Source of the DNA: Candidatus Omnitrophota bacterium
GTDB lineage: Bacteria; Omnitrophota; Gorgyraeia; Zapsychrales; Zapsychraceae
DNA: 64,000 nucleotides
Direction: 5' to 3'
NCBI GenBank assembly: GCA_015233115.1
Contig: JADFYJ010000010.1
Location: 5,083 to 69,082, forward strand
Below, in pieces: positions 51,218-59,691 of the stretch. Position numbers and translations under genes: made by a program. Each line of letters starts with the position of its first letter. Within the stretch, counting starts at the first letter, position 1. The notes under the pieces were generated by a model, which did no database searches, was not told the origin of the DNA, and was given only the letters and a program-made list of their open reading frames with translations.

Positions 51218-52555
51218 CTATTTTTTCTTTTTTGGCAGATTAACGATTACAGTGGTACCTGCTCCGGGTTCGCTTTGAAATCTGATTGATCCCCCGTGCA
51301 TTTTGATGATCTGGTGACAGACAGTAAGACCCAGACCCGTTCCTTTGACTTTGGTCGTAAAAAAAGGATCGTATATCTTTTCTAAATTCGCTTTGGCTAT
51401 TCCCACCCCGTTATCTTTAATATAAACATTAATAAAATTTTTATCATGCGTCGCCAAAATTTCAACACTGCCTCTCGCATCCGGAACAGCGTCGCAGGCA
51501 TTATTCATGATATTCATAAACATTTCTTTCATCTGCAAAGGGTCCCCATCAATGGAAACATTTTTTACATCTTCTATTTTTTTTTCAACCCATAATGTCT
51601 TTGGGGACATTTCCCGTGCCGTATCAACGCATTCATTCAAAACATTATAAATATATAAATTTTCATGCTGAGGCGGTCTTAGGCGCGAATAAAACAATAA
51701 ATTGTTAATAATCTGATCGCTTTCAATAATTTTTTTTTCGATTGTTTGTAAATGCCGTTCAATTGGAGCATCAACCACTTTCCTTTTAATATTACCCGCC
51801 GCAATACTAATGGCCGCTAAAGGGTTACGCAATTCATGGGCAATCGTTGCTGCCAAAGTTCCTATATCCGAAAGTCGTTTCGACTGTTCCAATTCTACAT
51901 GAATATCCAACAACTCCTGTGACCGCACTTTAATGATCTTTTCCAGGGTTTCGTTATCCCGCTTCAAAACTTCTTCCGCCAGTTTGCGATCAGTAATATC
52001 CCTGCCCACCCCCACTAAACCGACCGGTTTTCCATCTTGATTCATTAACACAACCTTACTGGTTGAAAGAATCCGCATCCGGTTATATTCATCAATGACC
52101 GATTCTTCCATGTCAATTTTTGATTTCCCTAAACGCAATATCTCCTGTTCATCCTTAAAAAATTTCTCCGCCAACTCTTTCGCATAAAAATCAAAATCTG
52201 TTTTTCCTAAAATATCCTCTTGGCTTTTGCAACGCATAATACGGATCGTAGCTAAGTTAGCCATGATAAACTTACTGTTAATATCTTTAAAATAAATATA
52301 ATCCGGAATACTATCAATAAGATCCCGTAACTGCTTGCGTTCATTCCCAAGAATCTCTTCCAGTTTTTTTCGATCAATTATTTCTTGTTCCAGTTTTGCC
52401 GTGCGCTCCTGAACTAAATCTTCCAAATGATTCTGGGTTACCAACAAGGCTTTATGCTCGCGTTTGAATAGGTAGGATAATATAACTAGAGAGAAAAAAA
52501 TAATAATAAAACCTAAGCCTAATATTTCCGGATGGGTGTGGAAAAGGGCATTCAT
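51218..52555 (-). CDS. Membrane-anchored PAS histidine kinase
   Basis: One TM segment, PAS (IPDYIYFKD...GKTDFDF), AHELRNPL, FFTTKVKGTGLGL. Confidence 0.9.
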   Translation of the reverse strand: MNALFHTHPEILGLGFIIIFFSLVILSYLFKREHKALLVTQNHLEDLVQERTAKLEQEIIDRKKLEEILGNERKQLRDLIDSIPDYIYFKDINSKFIMANLATIRIMRCKSQEDILGKTDFDFYAKELAEKFFKDEQEILRLGKSKIDMEESVIDEYNRMRILSTSKVVLMNQDGKPVGLVGVGRDITDRKLAEEVLKRDNETLEKIIKVRSQELLDIHVELEQSKRLSDIGTLAATIAHELRNPLAAISIAAGNIKRKVVDAPIERHLQTIEKKIIESDQIINNLLFYSRLRPPQHENLYIYNVLNECVDTAREMSPKTLWVEKKIEDVKNVSIDGDPLQMKEMFMNIMNNACDAVPDARGSVEILATHDKNFINVYIKDNGVGIAKANLEKIYDPFFTTKVKGTGLGLTVCHQIIKMHGGSIRFQSEPGAGTTVIVNLPKKKK

Positions 52556-52630
52556 GATATCAAGTTTACACTTTTTGCATTGGCTGTCAAGTAACACAAA
52601 AGTAACAGTAACGCGAGCCTAAAACAAATC

Positions 52631-52692
52631 AAATAAATAGTGACAGGCACCAATTTTTTAATAACAAAATTGGTGCCTGTCACTATTTATTT
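52631..52692. repeat. Perfect 27-bp inverted repeat at the end of the hydrogenase operon (terminator or REP-like)
   Basis: AAATAAATAGTGACAGGCACCAATTTT-ttaataac-AAAATTGGTGCCTGTCACTATTTATTT; overlaps the hypB stop. Confidence 0.9.
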
Positions 52693-53361
52693 AAAACATT
52701 CCGCAATCTTATGAACTAAAACACAATCTTGGACAAAATCAATCCATGAAGCAAAGCCCTCTCCCGAACAACTATCAACAGTAATGACTTCTCCTTTTTT
52801 ATTCAATTGTTTAAACGCGGCAAGAGCTATCGCTAAATTAAAATTTGTATGCTCAATCAGTTTTAATTTGGTGATAACTAATATCTCTGCTTCTGAAAAA
52901 AGCAAAGGATATTTCTCAACCTTGTCATCTCCTTCTGTGACGCTTAACACCGCGATCTTTCCATCCTCACCAATATCAAATTCTGCGGGACAGACCAGAT
53001 TGCCGATGTTTTCCACAAAAATCAATTCCGGGTTAACATCATTGATCAATTCTTTTAAAGCGGTATTAACCAAATGCGCGTCTAAATGACAGGCGTTACC
53101 CGTATTGATCTGATATGCCGCCACTCCCATTTTTTCAATCCGCGCCGCGTCTTTCGTAGTCGCGATATCTCCTTCGATGACCGCCATTTTAATTGTTTTA
53201 CCTAAAAGCGCGATCGTCTGTTCCAGCAATGTCGTCTTACCTGCGCCGGGAGAACCAATAATATTGAGCATGGTGATGCCGTGTTTTCTTAGCAATAACC
53301 GGTTTTCTTCTGCCCAGGCGTCGTTCGCGCTTAATAATTTATCCATCACATTAATTTTCAT
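52687..53361 (-). CDS. hypB: Hydrogenase nickel-insertion GTPase HypB
   Basis: GSPGAGKTT, IEGD, GNACHLDA, ENIGNLVCPAEFDIGE, SVTEGDDK..KYP. Confidence 0.95.
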   Translation of the reverse strand: MKINVMDKLLSANDAWAEENRLLLRKHGITMLNIIGSPGAGKTTLLEQTIALLGKTIKMAVIEGDIATTKDAARIEKMGVAAYQINTGNACHLDAHLVNTALKELINDVNPELIFVENIGNLVCPAEFDIGEDGKIAVLSVTEGDDKVEKYPLLFSEAEILVITKLKLIEHTNFNLAIALAAFKQLNKKGEVITVDSCSGEGFASWIDFVQDCVLVHKIAECFK

Positions 53362-53701
53362 CTTCTACCTCCAGTTTATGAATGTAGGGAGCACGCCGAG
53401 CTTCGACCACTGACCGGCACGAATGGCAAATCGGACATAAGCCCTCGATGGAGTCGTGATCGTCGAACTCAAGCGCGCATTGAGAACAAAAATATTTACT
53501 GATAACCCGCCGCACAGAGACTTTCGCCTGATTCAAGCACTGATCCGAAAGATGACTAAGAACAAACTCTAAATTGTCCGCGCTTACTGAATTGTACGGA
53601 CCACAGATGATCTCGATCTCCCTGACCCGGTTAAATCGATGAAAAAGTTTTAATTCCTTAACCTGCTGAACGATTCCTTCTACAAAAGCCAACTCGTGCA
53701 T
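53351..53701 (-). CDS. hypA: Hydrogenase nickel metallochaperone HypA
   Basis: MHE N-terminus; CSQC and CPIC zinc motifs. Confidence 0.93.
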   Translation of the reverse strand: MHELAFVEGIVQQVKELKLFHRFNRVREIEIICGPYNSVSADNLEFVLSHLSDQCLNQAKVSVRRVISKYFCSQCALEFDDHDSIEGLCPICHSCRSVVEARRAPYIHKLEVEDEN

Positions 53702-53711
53702 GATTCCTCCT

Positions 53712-54446
53712 TTACAAATTGAAAACTTTAATTATAATCCCACAAAAAAAGATAACTAACCCCGCGGTCGCATGTGAAAAGACGGCAATACCCTTAGCGT
53801 GTTTCTCAACCTTAAAGGAAACCGCTTTCAATCCAGACAAAGACAAAAAAACCATAACCTGCATAGTGATGACGGTTACCACGCTAAACGCAGCAGCCAC
53901 CATAAACACCGCTTGCCAATTCGATTTTAAAGCAGGATACATAATGAGAGGAATCAACGGTTCACAAGGGCCAAAGAAAAAAATTATAAAGAGGATCCAC
54001 GGAGTCAAACTAGCTTGCCCTGCTTCTGCCTCGTGCATATGCAAATGATCATGATGATGATTGTGAACGTGAAAATGTTCTTTCCCCTGATCATGGACAT
54101 GCTCATGCCCATGCTCTTGGCTCCGGATCCTTTTGATGGCGAACCAAACAAAATAGGTCAAACCGAAAGCAATCAAAAACCACGTTGTGATTTCCCCGCG
54201 GACTGATTCAATGAATTTCAGTCTAACCATGGTTATGCCTGCCGTTATGCCGATAAATCCCAGCATAACGGATGACGCGACATGCCCGATCCCGCAGATC
54301 AGCGTGATGACAAATGTTTTTCTTTTATTCCAATGCCGGGCCTGAGCTAAGGCGGCAAAAGGAATATAATGATCCGGCCCCAAAAGAGTATGCATAAAGC
54401 CTACGGTTAAAGCTGTCAATGTCAAAATTCCCATACCAGGATCCAT
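53712..54446 (-). CDS. His-rich Ni/Co permease (UreH/HoxN/RcnA-like)
   Basis: GFMHTLLGPDHY, GIGHV, His-rich loop HGHEHVHD...HFHVHNHHHDHLHMH, GPCEP. Confidence 0.8.
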   Translation of the reverse strand: MDPGMGILTLTALTVGFMHTLLGPDHYIPFAALAQARHWNKRKTFVITLICGIGHVASSVMLGFIGITAGITMVRLKFIESVRGEITTWFLIAFGLTYFVWFAIKRIRSQEHGHEHVHDQGKEHFHVHNHHHDHLHMHEAEAGQASLTPWILFIIFFFGPCEPLIPLIMYPALKSNWQAVFMVAAAFSVVTVITMQVMVFLSLSGLKAVSFKVEKHAKGIAVFSHATAGLVIFFCGIIIKVFNL

Positions 54447-54465
54447 AGTCTTTTCTCCTATTTTT

Positions 54466-55215
54466 TTATTCAACTAACGGTTCTTGCCCGATCATTCTTT
54501 GGGCCCGTTGATAAATCACCTGAGAAACAATGATCGATACAACATATAAAAACAAAAGAGGCACCGCCATACAAAATTGACTAAAAATATCTGGACTGGG
54601 AGTCAATACACCCGCGGCAATAAAAATAAGCACCACGGCATACCGCCATTTATTCACCAAGACTGCTGGGGTGATCAGCCCGATCTGTGTCAAAAAAGCC
54701 ATAACAATAGGGAGTTGAAACACCGCCCCAAACGCGAGACACATTGACGCCACAAAAGAAACATACGAACTGATCGTAAGGGTTGGCGTCATAAAATCAT
54801 GACCAAATGAAAGCAGAAATTTAATCCCTGCCGTGATCACAAAAGTAAAACCAAAATATACGCCGGTAACAAACAACAGGAAAGATGCCGGCATGATGAT
54901 ATAAACATACTTGCGCTCACGCGGCGCCAACCCCGCCGCGATGAACTGCCATATCTCAAAGATGACATAAGGGGAAGACAAAAATAATCCAGCCCAAAAT
55001 GCCACTTTTAAGTAAGTCATAAAAGCTTCTGATGGATCAATGAATATCAAATGACCGACTGGCTTAGCAATGACCCGCAAAATATTATCCGTGTACATAT
55101 ACGCGCCTACAGTCATGACCAAAACCACCAAGCTGGCCCGAATCACCCTTTGTCTGAGTTCATCGATATGTTCCAGAATCGAAAGGTGCCGGTTGTTTAT
55201 TTTCATATATTTCAC
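54466..55215 (-). CDS. tatC: Twin-arginine translocase TatC
   Basis: EHIDELRQR, PSEAF, WQFIAAGL...E, FQLP, TPSPD. Confidence 0.95.
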   Translation of the reverse strand: MKYMKINNRHLSILEHIDELRQRVIRASLVVLVMTVGAYMYTDNILRVIAKPVGHLIFIDPSEAFMTYLKVAFWAGLFLSSPYVIFEIWQFIAAGLAPRERKYVYIIMPASFLLFVTGVYFGFTFVITAGIKFLLSFGHDFMTPTLTISSYVSFVASMCLAFGAVFQLPIVMAFLTQIGLITPAVLVNKWRYAVVLIFIAAGVLTPSPDIFSQFCMAVPLLFLYVVSIIVSQVIYQRAQRMIGQEPLVE

Positions 55216-55225
55216 CCTGCCGTTC

Positions 55226-55456
55226 TTATGAACTTTTTTTAGAATTCAATTCCAACGTTTTACCATTTGTATCGACGGGTTTAGTATCCATAGTCATTTC
55301 CGCGTCAATGGTTTCCTTGATTTCACTAGTCGCTTTTTTAAATTCCCGCATGGACTTCCCCAGTGTGCGCGCCAATTCCGGTAAATTTTTTGAACCAAAC
55401 AACAGTAAAATAATAAACAAAATTACCATTAATTCACCCATGCCTAATCCAAACAT
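55226..55456 (-). CDS. tatA: TatA/TatB family subunit
   Basis: MFGLGMGEL...LLFG...LPELARTLGKSMREFKKA. Confidence 0.92.
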   Translation of the reverse strand: MFGLGMGELMVILFIILLLFGSKNLPELARTLGKSMREFKKATSEIKETIDAEMTMDTKPVDTNGKTLELNSKKSS

Positions 55457-55526
55457 ACAGCCTCCTTTTTAAAGTAAAAAGTTAAAATTAAAAAGTGAAA
55501 GTAAAGCAAAACCAAAAACGTAAAAA

Positions 55527-55694
55527 TTATTTTTTTGATTCGGCCAGATTCTTTTCTTCTGTATCCCGGCCTGCTTTTTTGAATTCTCTGATGGACTCTC
55601 CTAACGACCGGGCTAAATCCGGAAGCCGGCGCGCGCCAAACAACACCAAAATAATCATCAAAATCACTAGTAATTCGCCCATACCTAAATTCAT
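55527..55694 (-). CDS. tatA: TatA family subunit
   Basis: MNLGMGELL...[25 protein letters not shown]; GGAGG RBS. Confidence 0.92.
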   Translation of the reverse strand: MNLGMGELLVILMIILVLFGARRLPDLARSLGESIREFKKAGRDTEEKNLAESKK

Positions 55695-55744
55695 AAAACC
55701 TCCATTTTTTAAAAACCACCCAGGGTCCACCGCGTCAGTGGACT

Positions 55745-56194
55745 TTAAGCCGCCGACGCGGTGATTAACTCTATTACTATTTCAACAACCTTTGGAACCA
55801 TCACCGCGACTTCGGGGGTTAGGTCCAATGACCACTCAATTCGATAAGGTTCAATTCCGATTACTGTAACCGGCAACTCTGTCGTTCGACCGGTCAAAGC
55901 TAATACGTGTTGCAAATTAAACCCATGCAAAGAACCCATAAACTCTTTCTCTGCACACTCATCGAGAGAAAAAGAATATATAGTGCCAGGCTTAGCTCCC
56001 CCTTTACAAGCATCTATGACAATCATTTGGTCTGCCTCTTCAATCTGCGGCAACACATCAAGGACCGCCGTGCCTGCATCCACAATGCAGACATTTTCGT
56101 CCTGGAGGAGTTCTGCGAGGACATGCGCCGCATGAACACCAACCCCTTCATCAGCTAATAAAAGATTACCTAAGCCCAGCACTAAAGTTTTCAC
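55745..56194 (-). CDS. hyaD: [NiFe]-hydrogenase maturation endopeptidase (HyaD/HybD family)
   Basis: [32 protein letters not shown]. Confidence 0.92.
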   Translation of the reverse strand: MKTLVLGLGNLLLADEGVGVHAAHVLAELLQDENVCIVDAGTAVLDVLPQIEEADQMIVIDACKGGAKPGTIYSFSLDECAEKEFMGSLHGFNLQHVLALTGRTTELPVTVIGIEPYRIEWSLDLTPEVAVMVPKVVEIVIELITASAA

Positions 56195-56226
56195 TCTTTT
56201 CGCCTTTCAAAACTATTGCTTCAGGT

Positions 56227-57660
56227 TTAACAAGTTACTGCGGGCACTTCCAATACCATAGGTTCCTCTTTGGGCCGCATCACATGAACCGCGCATGATA
56301 GGCAAGGATCAAAAGAATGAATCACCCTCAGCACTTCAATCGGCTGTGTCGGATCCATAACTGGCGTGCCAACCAAAGCTTGTTCAATTGGACCACGAAC
56401 ATTTTTGTCATCCTGCGGTGAAGCATTCCAACAAGTGGGAGTAATCACCTGATAATGGGCAATTGTCCCACCGGCAATTTTCACCCAATGGCCCAAAGCG
56501 CCCCGCGGAGCCTCAGTCAAGCCAATACCTTCTCCATCAGAAAGCAGATTATTCTGCTCATACGATGGCGCACCCATGGTCAGCTGATCCAGCCACGTTA
56601 ACATCGCTTCTGCCACTTTTAACGTTTCCTGCGCCCGAGCTAAATGCCGATCCATAACAGAAACGCCATTTTGATAGTCTCCGGTCACCCACATCCGAGC
56701 CAGAGCTCCGGTTTCAAAAGGTTTACCCTGATGACGCGGCGCTTTCAACCAGGAATATCCGTTTGTTTTTGGATATACCGGTTGGGTATCTCCGCTACGC
56801 GGCGTCAAATTATTAGTCGCATCCGCATACCACGAGTGAGTGACTGACTCCGTAATCTGATTTAAAAACACATTATTAGGATTCCCTTTTGTCGCGTTTT
56901 CAACACACCCGCGATGGAACAATTTATCCGTCCCGGAAGCATTCAAATCAAATACGCCATATGCCAATAAATTTTTCCATCCGCCTCCAATGTTGAAATA
57001 ATCGGAATAGATCTGGCTCAAGGCAATAGAATCCGGGATATAAATATTTCTGATAAAATCCAAGAGTAAATTCAACTGAGTTCTGAATTTGGTAATCATC
57101 GCCGCATTGGGCACCACAGTATGCCCGCCAGAAATAATCGCCGCAGTAATCGGCATGCGACCGCTCAATAACGCCCCCATCTCATGCGCTCTGCGTCGGG
57201 CTGCAACAGCTTGCACAAAATGATCCATGATCGGGTAAGTTGGATTTGATGCGGGAAAACGCATATCCACATTATAAGCCGGGGTCCATGGGCTGGTTTG
57301 CGGGCCAGCGACATAATCCAGTAAAGACAGCAAATAAAAATGCAAAATATGCGATTGGACATAATTTGAGCCCAAGGTTAAGTTGCGTAAAATACGGCCA
57401 TTATCCGGCACGCTCCGTCCTGACGCGTTATCCAGAGCCATGGACGCGGCGAGCCCATGAGAAATCGGACACACTCCGCATATGCGCTGAGTAAGAATAG
57501 GCGCGTCCCACGGATGGCGGCCGGCGAGTATCTTTTCAAAACCGCGAAACAGCGTTCCAGTACATTTCGCGTCGGTAACCCGGTTTTGATCAATCGTTAC
57601 TTCCACTTTCAAGTGACCTTCAATCCGGGTCACCGGATCCATAATTGTAATAGTTGCCAT
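56227..57660 (-). CDS. [NiFe]-hydrogenase large subunit (group 1, 1a-like; Cys, not Sec)
   Basis: DPVTRIEGH, RGFE, L1 RICGVCP, YSWLKAPR, EAPRGALGHW, PTCWN, L2 DPCLSCAVH plus a cleavable C-terminal extension. Confidence 0.96.
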   Translation of the reverse strand: MATITIMDPVTRIEGHLKVEVTIDQNRVTDAKCTGTLFRGFEKILAGRHPWDAPILTQRICGVCPISHGLAASMALDNASGRSVPDNGRILRNLTLGSNYVQSHILHFYLLSLLDYVAGPQTSPWTPAYNVDMRFPASNPTYPIMDHFVQAVAARRRAHEMGALLSGRMPITAAIISGGHTVVPNAAMITKFRTQLNLLLDFIRNIYIPDSIALSQIYSDYFNIGGGWKNLLAYGVFDLNASGTDKLFHRGCVENATKGNPNNVFLNQITESVTHSWYADATNNLTPRSGDTQPVYPKTNGYSWLKAPRHQGKPFETGALARMWVTGDYQNGVSVMDRHLARAQETLKVAEAMLTWLDQLTMGAPSYEQNNLLSDGEGIGLTEAPRGALGHWVKIAGGTIAHYQVITPTCWNASPQDDKNVRGPIEQALVGTPVMDPTQPIEVLRVIHSFDPCLSCAVHVMRPKEEPMVLEVPAVTC

Positions 57661-57688
57661 TGTTTATCCTTTCCTATTAACATGACTG

Positions 57689-59671
57689 TTAATTATCTGA
57701 CGTGTTCGACATATTTATTCTCACCACACTTTTTTCGACTATTTCCAGTCCGGATACAGCTCTCACTCTTCCCGGCTGAGAACTAACACCAGCCGCTCTG
57801 ACTGACCAAGAACCGTCAGAAGAAATCGTCGTTGTGGTGTATATTTTTCCGCTTGTCGCATTACTGACAGTCACTCTCGCTCTAGCCTTACCCTGACCGG
57901 ACACTGTTAAAGTTCTGTTATGATAATCCCATACCGCTCTGGTTATCGTCAGAACCGTAGATGGCGGCGGTGGAGGTGGCGGCAGCGGCACATTACTGAC
58001 AGACACCGTCAGGCTTTGTCCTTGCGACGAAGCTATTATTGTCGACGGTATCGATGCTGGATTTGTCAGCGTGAACATCCATTGGCCATTCGCCGTAACG
58101 GGGGTTTGACCTAGCGTTATGCCGCTGGAATTTTTGATGACAACAACTGCCGCTGCCACACCTGTCCCTTGAACATTTAATTGATTAGACCCCGCAATCC
58201 ATTGCGCGTTGCTAATGGCAAACACGACCGGAGGCGGCGGGGGTGGAGGCACATTGCTAACCTGGACCGTCAGACTTTGCCCTTGGGACGTTGCCGTCAC
58301 TGTCGCCGGTATCGTAGCCGGATTTGTCAGCGTGTACGTCCACTGACCATTCGCCGCAATCGTGGTTTGCCCTAACGTGGTGCCGCCAGCATTTTGGATG
58401 ACCACAACTGCCGCTGCCGCACCTGTCCCTTGTACATATAATTGATTAGAAGCCGCTATCCATTGCGCGTTGCTGATGGTAAACACCAGTGGCGGCGGCA
58501 TTGCCGGAACATTACTGACGGGTGCAAATAAAACATCCGCATTTAATTTAGCCACAATCGAAACGGGCACAGCCGCCGGGTTATTCACCGTCAACGTCCA
58601 GGCTCCGGATGAATTCGGAACAGACTGCCCGATCAGCGCACCTAAATATTCTTCAACAATGACGGTTGAAGCAGGTGTCCCTTTCCCTGAAACAGTTAAC
58701 TGTTTTGATGTATTATTCCAGGCGGCAGATACGACCTCAAATAGAGCCGGACCAGTCCCTGTCACGGCAGTCAGACTATACATAGGAGAAAATCCGTCAG
58801 GAAATCGGCTGTCCGTACATCCCATACACTGCGAATTAGCGCCAATGCACCAATTCGTCCCATTGTTCCATAAACGTTTAGGACAATCTGCTTGAGTCGA
58901 AGGGCCTTTACAACCAAGATTTCTCATACACAAAGAATCTACCCCGAAGGTCGTGGCTTTACTGCGATCTTGCCGCGGACAATTTTCATGGACATTATTG
59001 TTCTCCCCGCCATACAGGGCAGATGGTCTTCCTGAACTATCCAATGCCGGTATAATACCAGCAATCAGTTGCGCAATGGTCCAGATAATCCAATCCGGAT
59101 GGGCAGGACAGCCAGCGATATTGATGGTTGGTTTGCCGATGGCAGCACTTAAGCTTTGAATTTGTGTCGGATTCGGTGCAGCGGCAGATATACCACCAAA
59201 ACTAGCGCAAGTCCCAATCGCTAAATTAGCGATGGAATTGGCTGACAACTGACGTACAGCGTCTAACGCGGTTATTTCCTGCCCGTTTTCTGTCCACAAA
59301 AGACAGGTATTACCATTAAATGCCGTCGGGATTCCGCCTTCGACAGCCAAAACGTAAGGATTTTTGGTCGCATTACGGAGATTGGCCACCGCTAAATCAC
59401 CAGCCGCGCCCATAAGATTGGGATGAAATGCCAGATCAATATGATTGATCAAAAGATCTGCGACATCTAAAGGTTCAGTAGCGGATATACGATTCGCCAA
59501 TGATACGGTACAACCGGTGCAGGTCGCTGTGCTCAGCCAAATGACTGTGGGTATCCCCGGCCCGCTGGCGGCAAACGCCTTTTGCAGCTGGCCGATCGCC
59601 GAGGCGTCCAACCCCAATAATGCTGCTGAAGAAACACAATACTTTAAAAATTCTCTCCGACTTATTCGCAT
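57689..59671 (-). CDS. [NiFe]-hydrogenase small subunit, Tat-exported, with four C-terminal Ig-like repeats and poly-Pro linkers
   Basis: SRREFLK Tat motif; proximal CTGC/GTCA/GCPAHP; distal HENC...C...GCKGP; medial C...WC...CMGC; then ~360 aa of repeats. Confidence 0.93.
   Translation of the reverse strand: MRISRREFLKYCVSSAALLGLDASAIGQLQKAFAASGPGIPTVIWLSTATCTGCTVSLANRISATEPLDVADLLINHIDLAFHPNLMGAAGDLAVANLRNATKNPYVLAVEGGIPTAFNGNTCLLWTENGQEITALDAVRQLSANSIANLAIGTCASFGGISAAAPNPTQIQSLSAAIGKPTINIAGCPAHPDWIIWTIAQLIAGIIPALDSSGRPSALYGGENNNVHENCPRQDRSKATTFGVDSLCMRNLGCKGPSTQADCPKRLWNNGTNWCIGANSQCMGCTDSRFPDGFSPMYSLTAVTGTGPALFEVVSAAWNNTSKQLTVSGKGTPASTVIVEEYLGALIGQSVPNSSGAWTLTVNNPAAVPVSIVAKLNADVLFAPVSNVPAMPPPLVFTISNAQWIAASNQLYVQGTGAAAAVVVIQNAGGTTLGQTTIAANGQWTYTLTNPATIPATVTATSQGQSLTVQVSNVPPPPPPPVVFAISNAQWIAGSNQLNVQGTGVAAAVVVIKNSSGITLGQTPVTANGQWMFTLTNPASIPSTIIASSQGQSLTVSVSNVPLPPPPPPPSTVLTITRAVWDYHNRTLTVSGQGKARARVTVSNATSGKIYTTTTISSDGSWSVRAAGVSSQPGRVRAVSGLEIVEKSVVRINMSNTSDN
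57975..58490. repeat. Diverged 261-bp tandem duplication (Ig-like repeats 2 and 3 of the small subunit)
   Basis: CATTGCGCGTTGCT at 58200 and 58461; ISNAQWIA.SNQL.VQGTG.AAAVVVI.N..G.TLGQT in both copies. Confidence 0.9.
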
Positions 59672-59691
59672 GTCTTCTCCTTTTTTAATGT

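Noticed and set aside
55444-55764. Alternative ORFs 55444-55719 (-) and 55495-55764 (+)
   Set aside because: They overlap the clear tatA frame and have no recognisable motifs.
56227-56330. [NiFeSe] hydrogenase
   Set aside because: The L2 motif is DPCLSC with a Cys codon and no in-frame TGA.
57920-58895. Arg-rich and other plus-strand ORFs
   Set aside because: Antisense shadows of the poly-Pro and Ig-like repeats in the small subunit.
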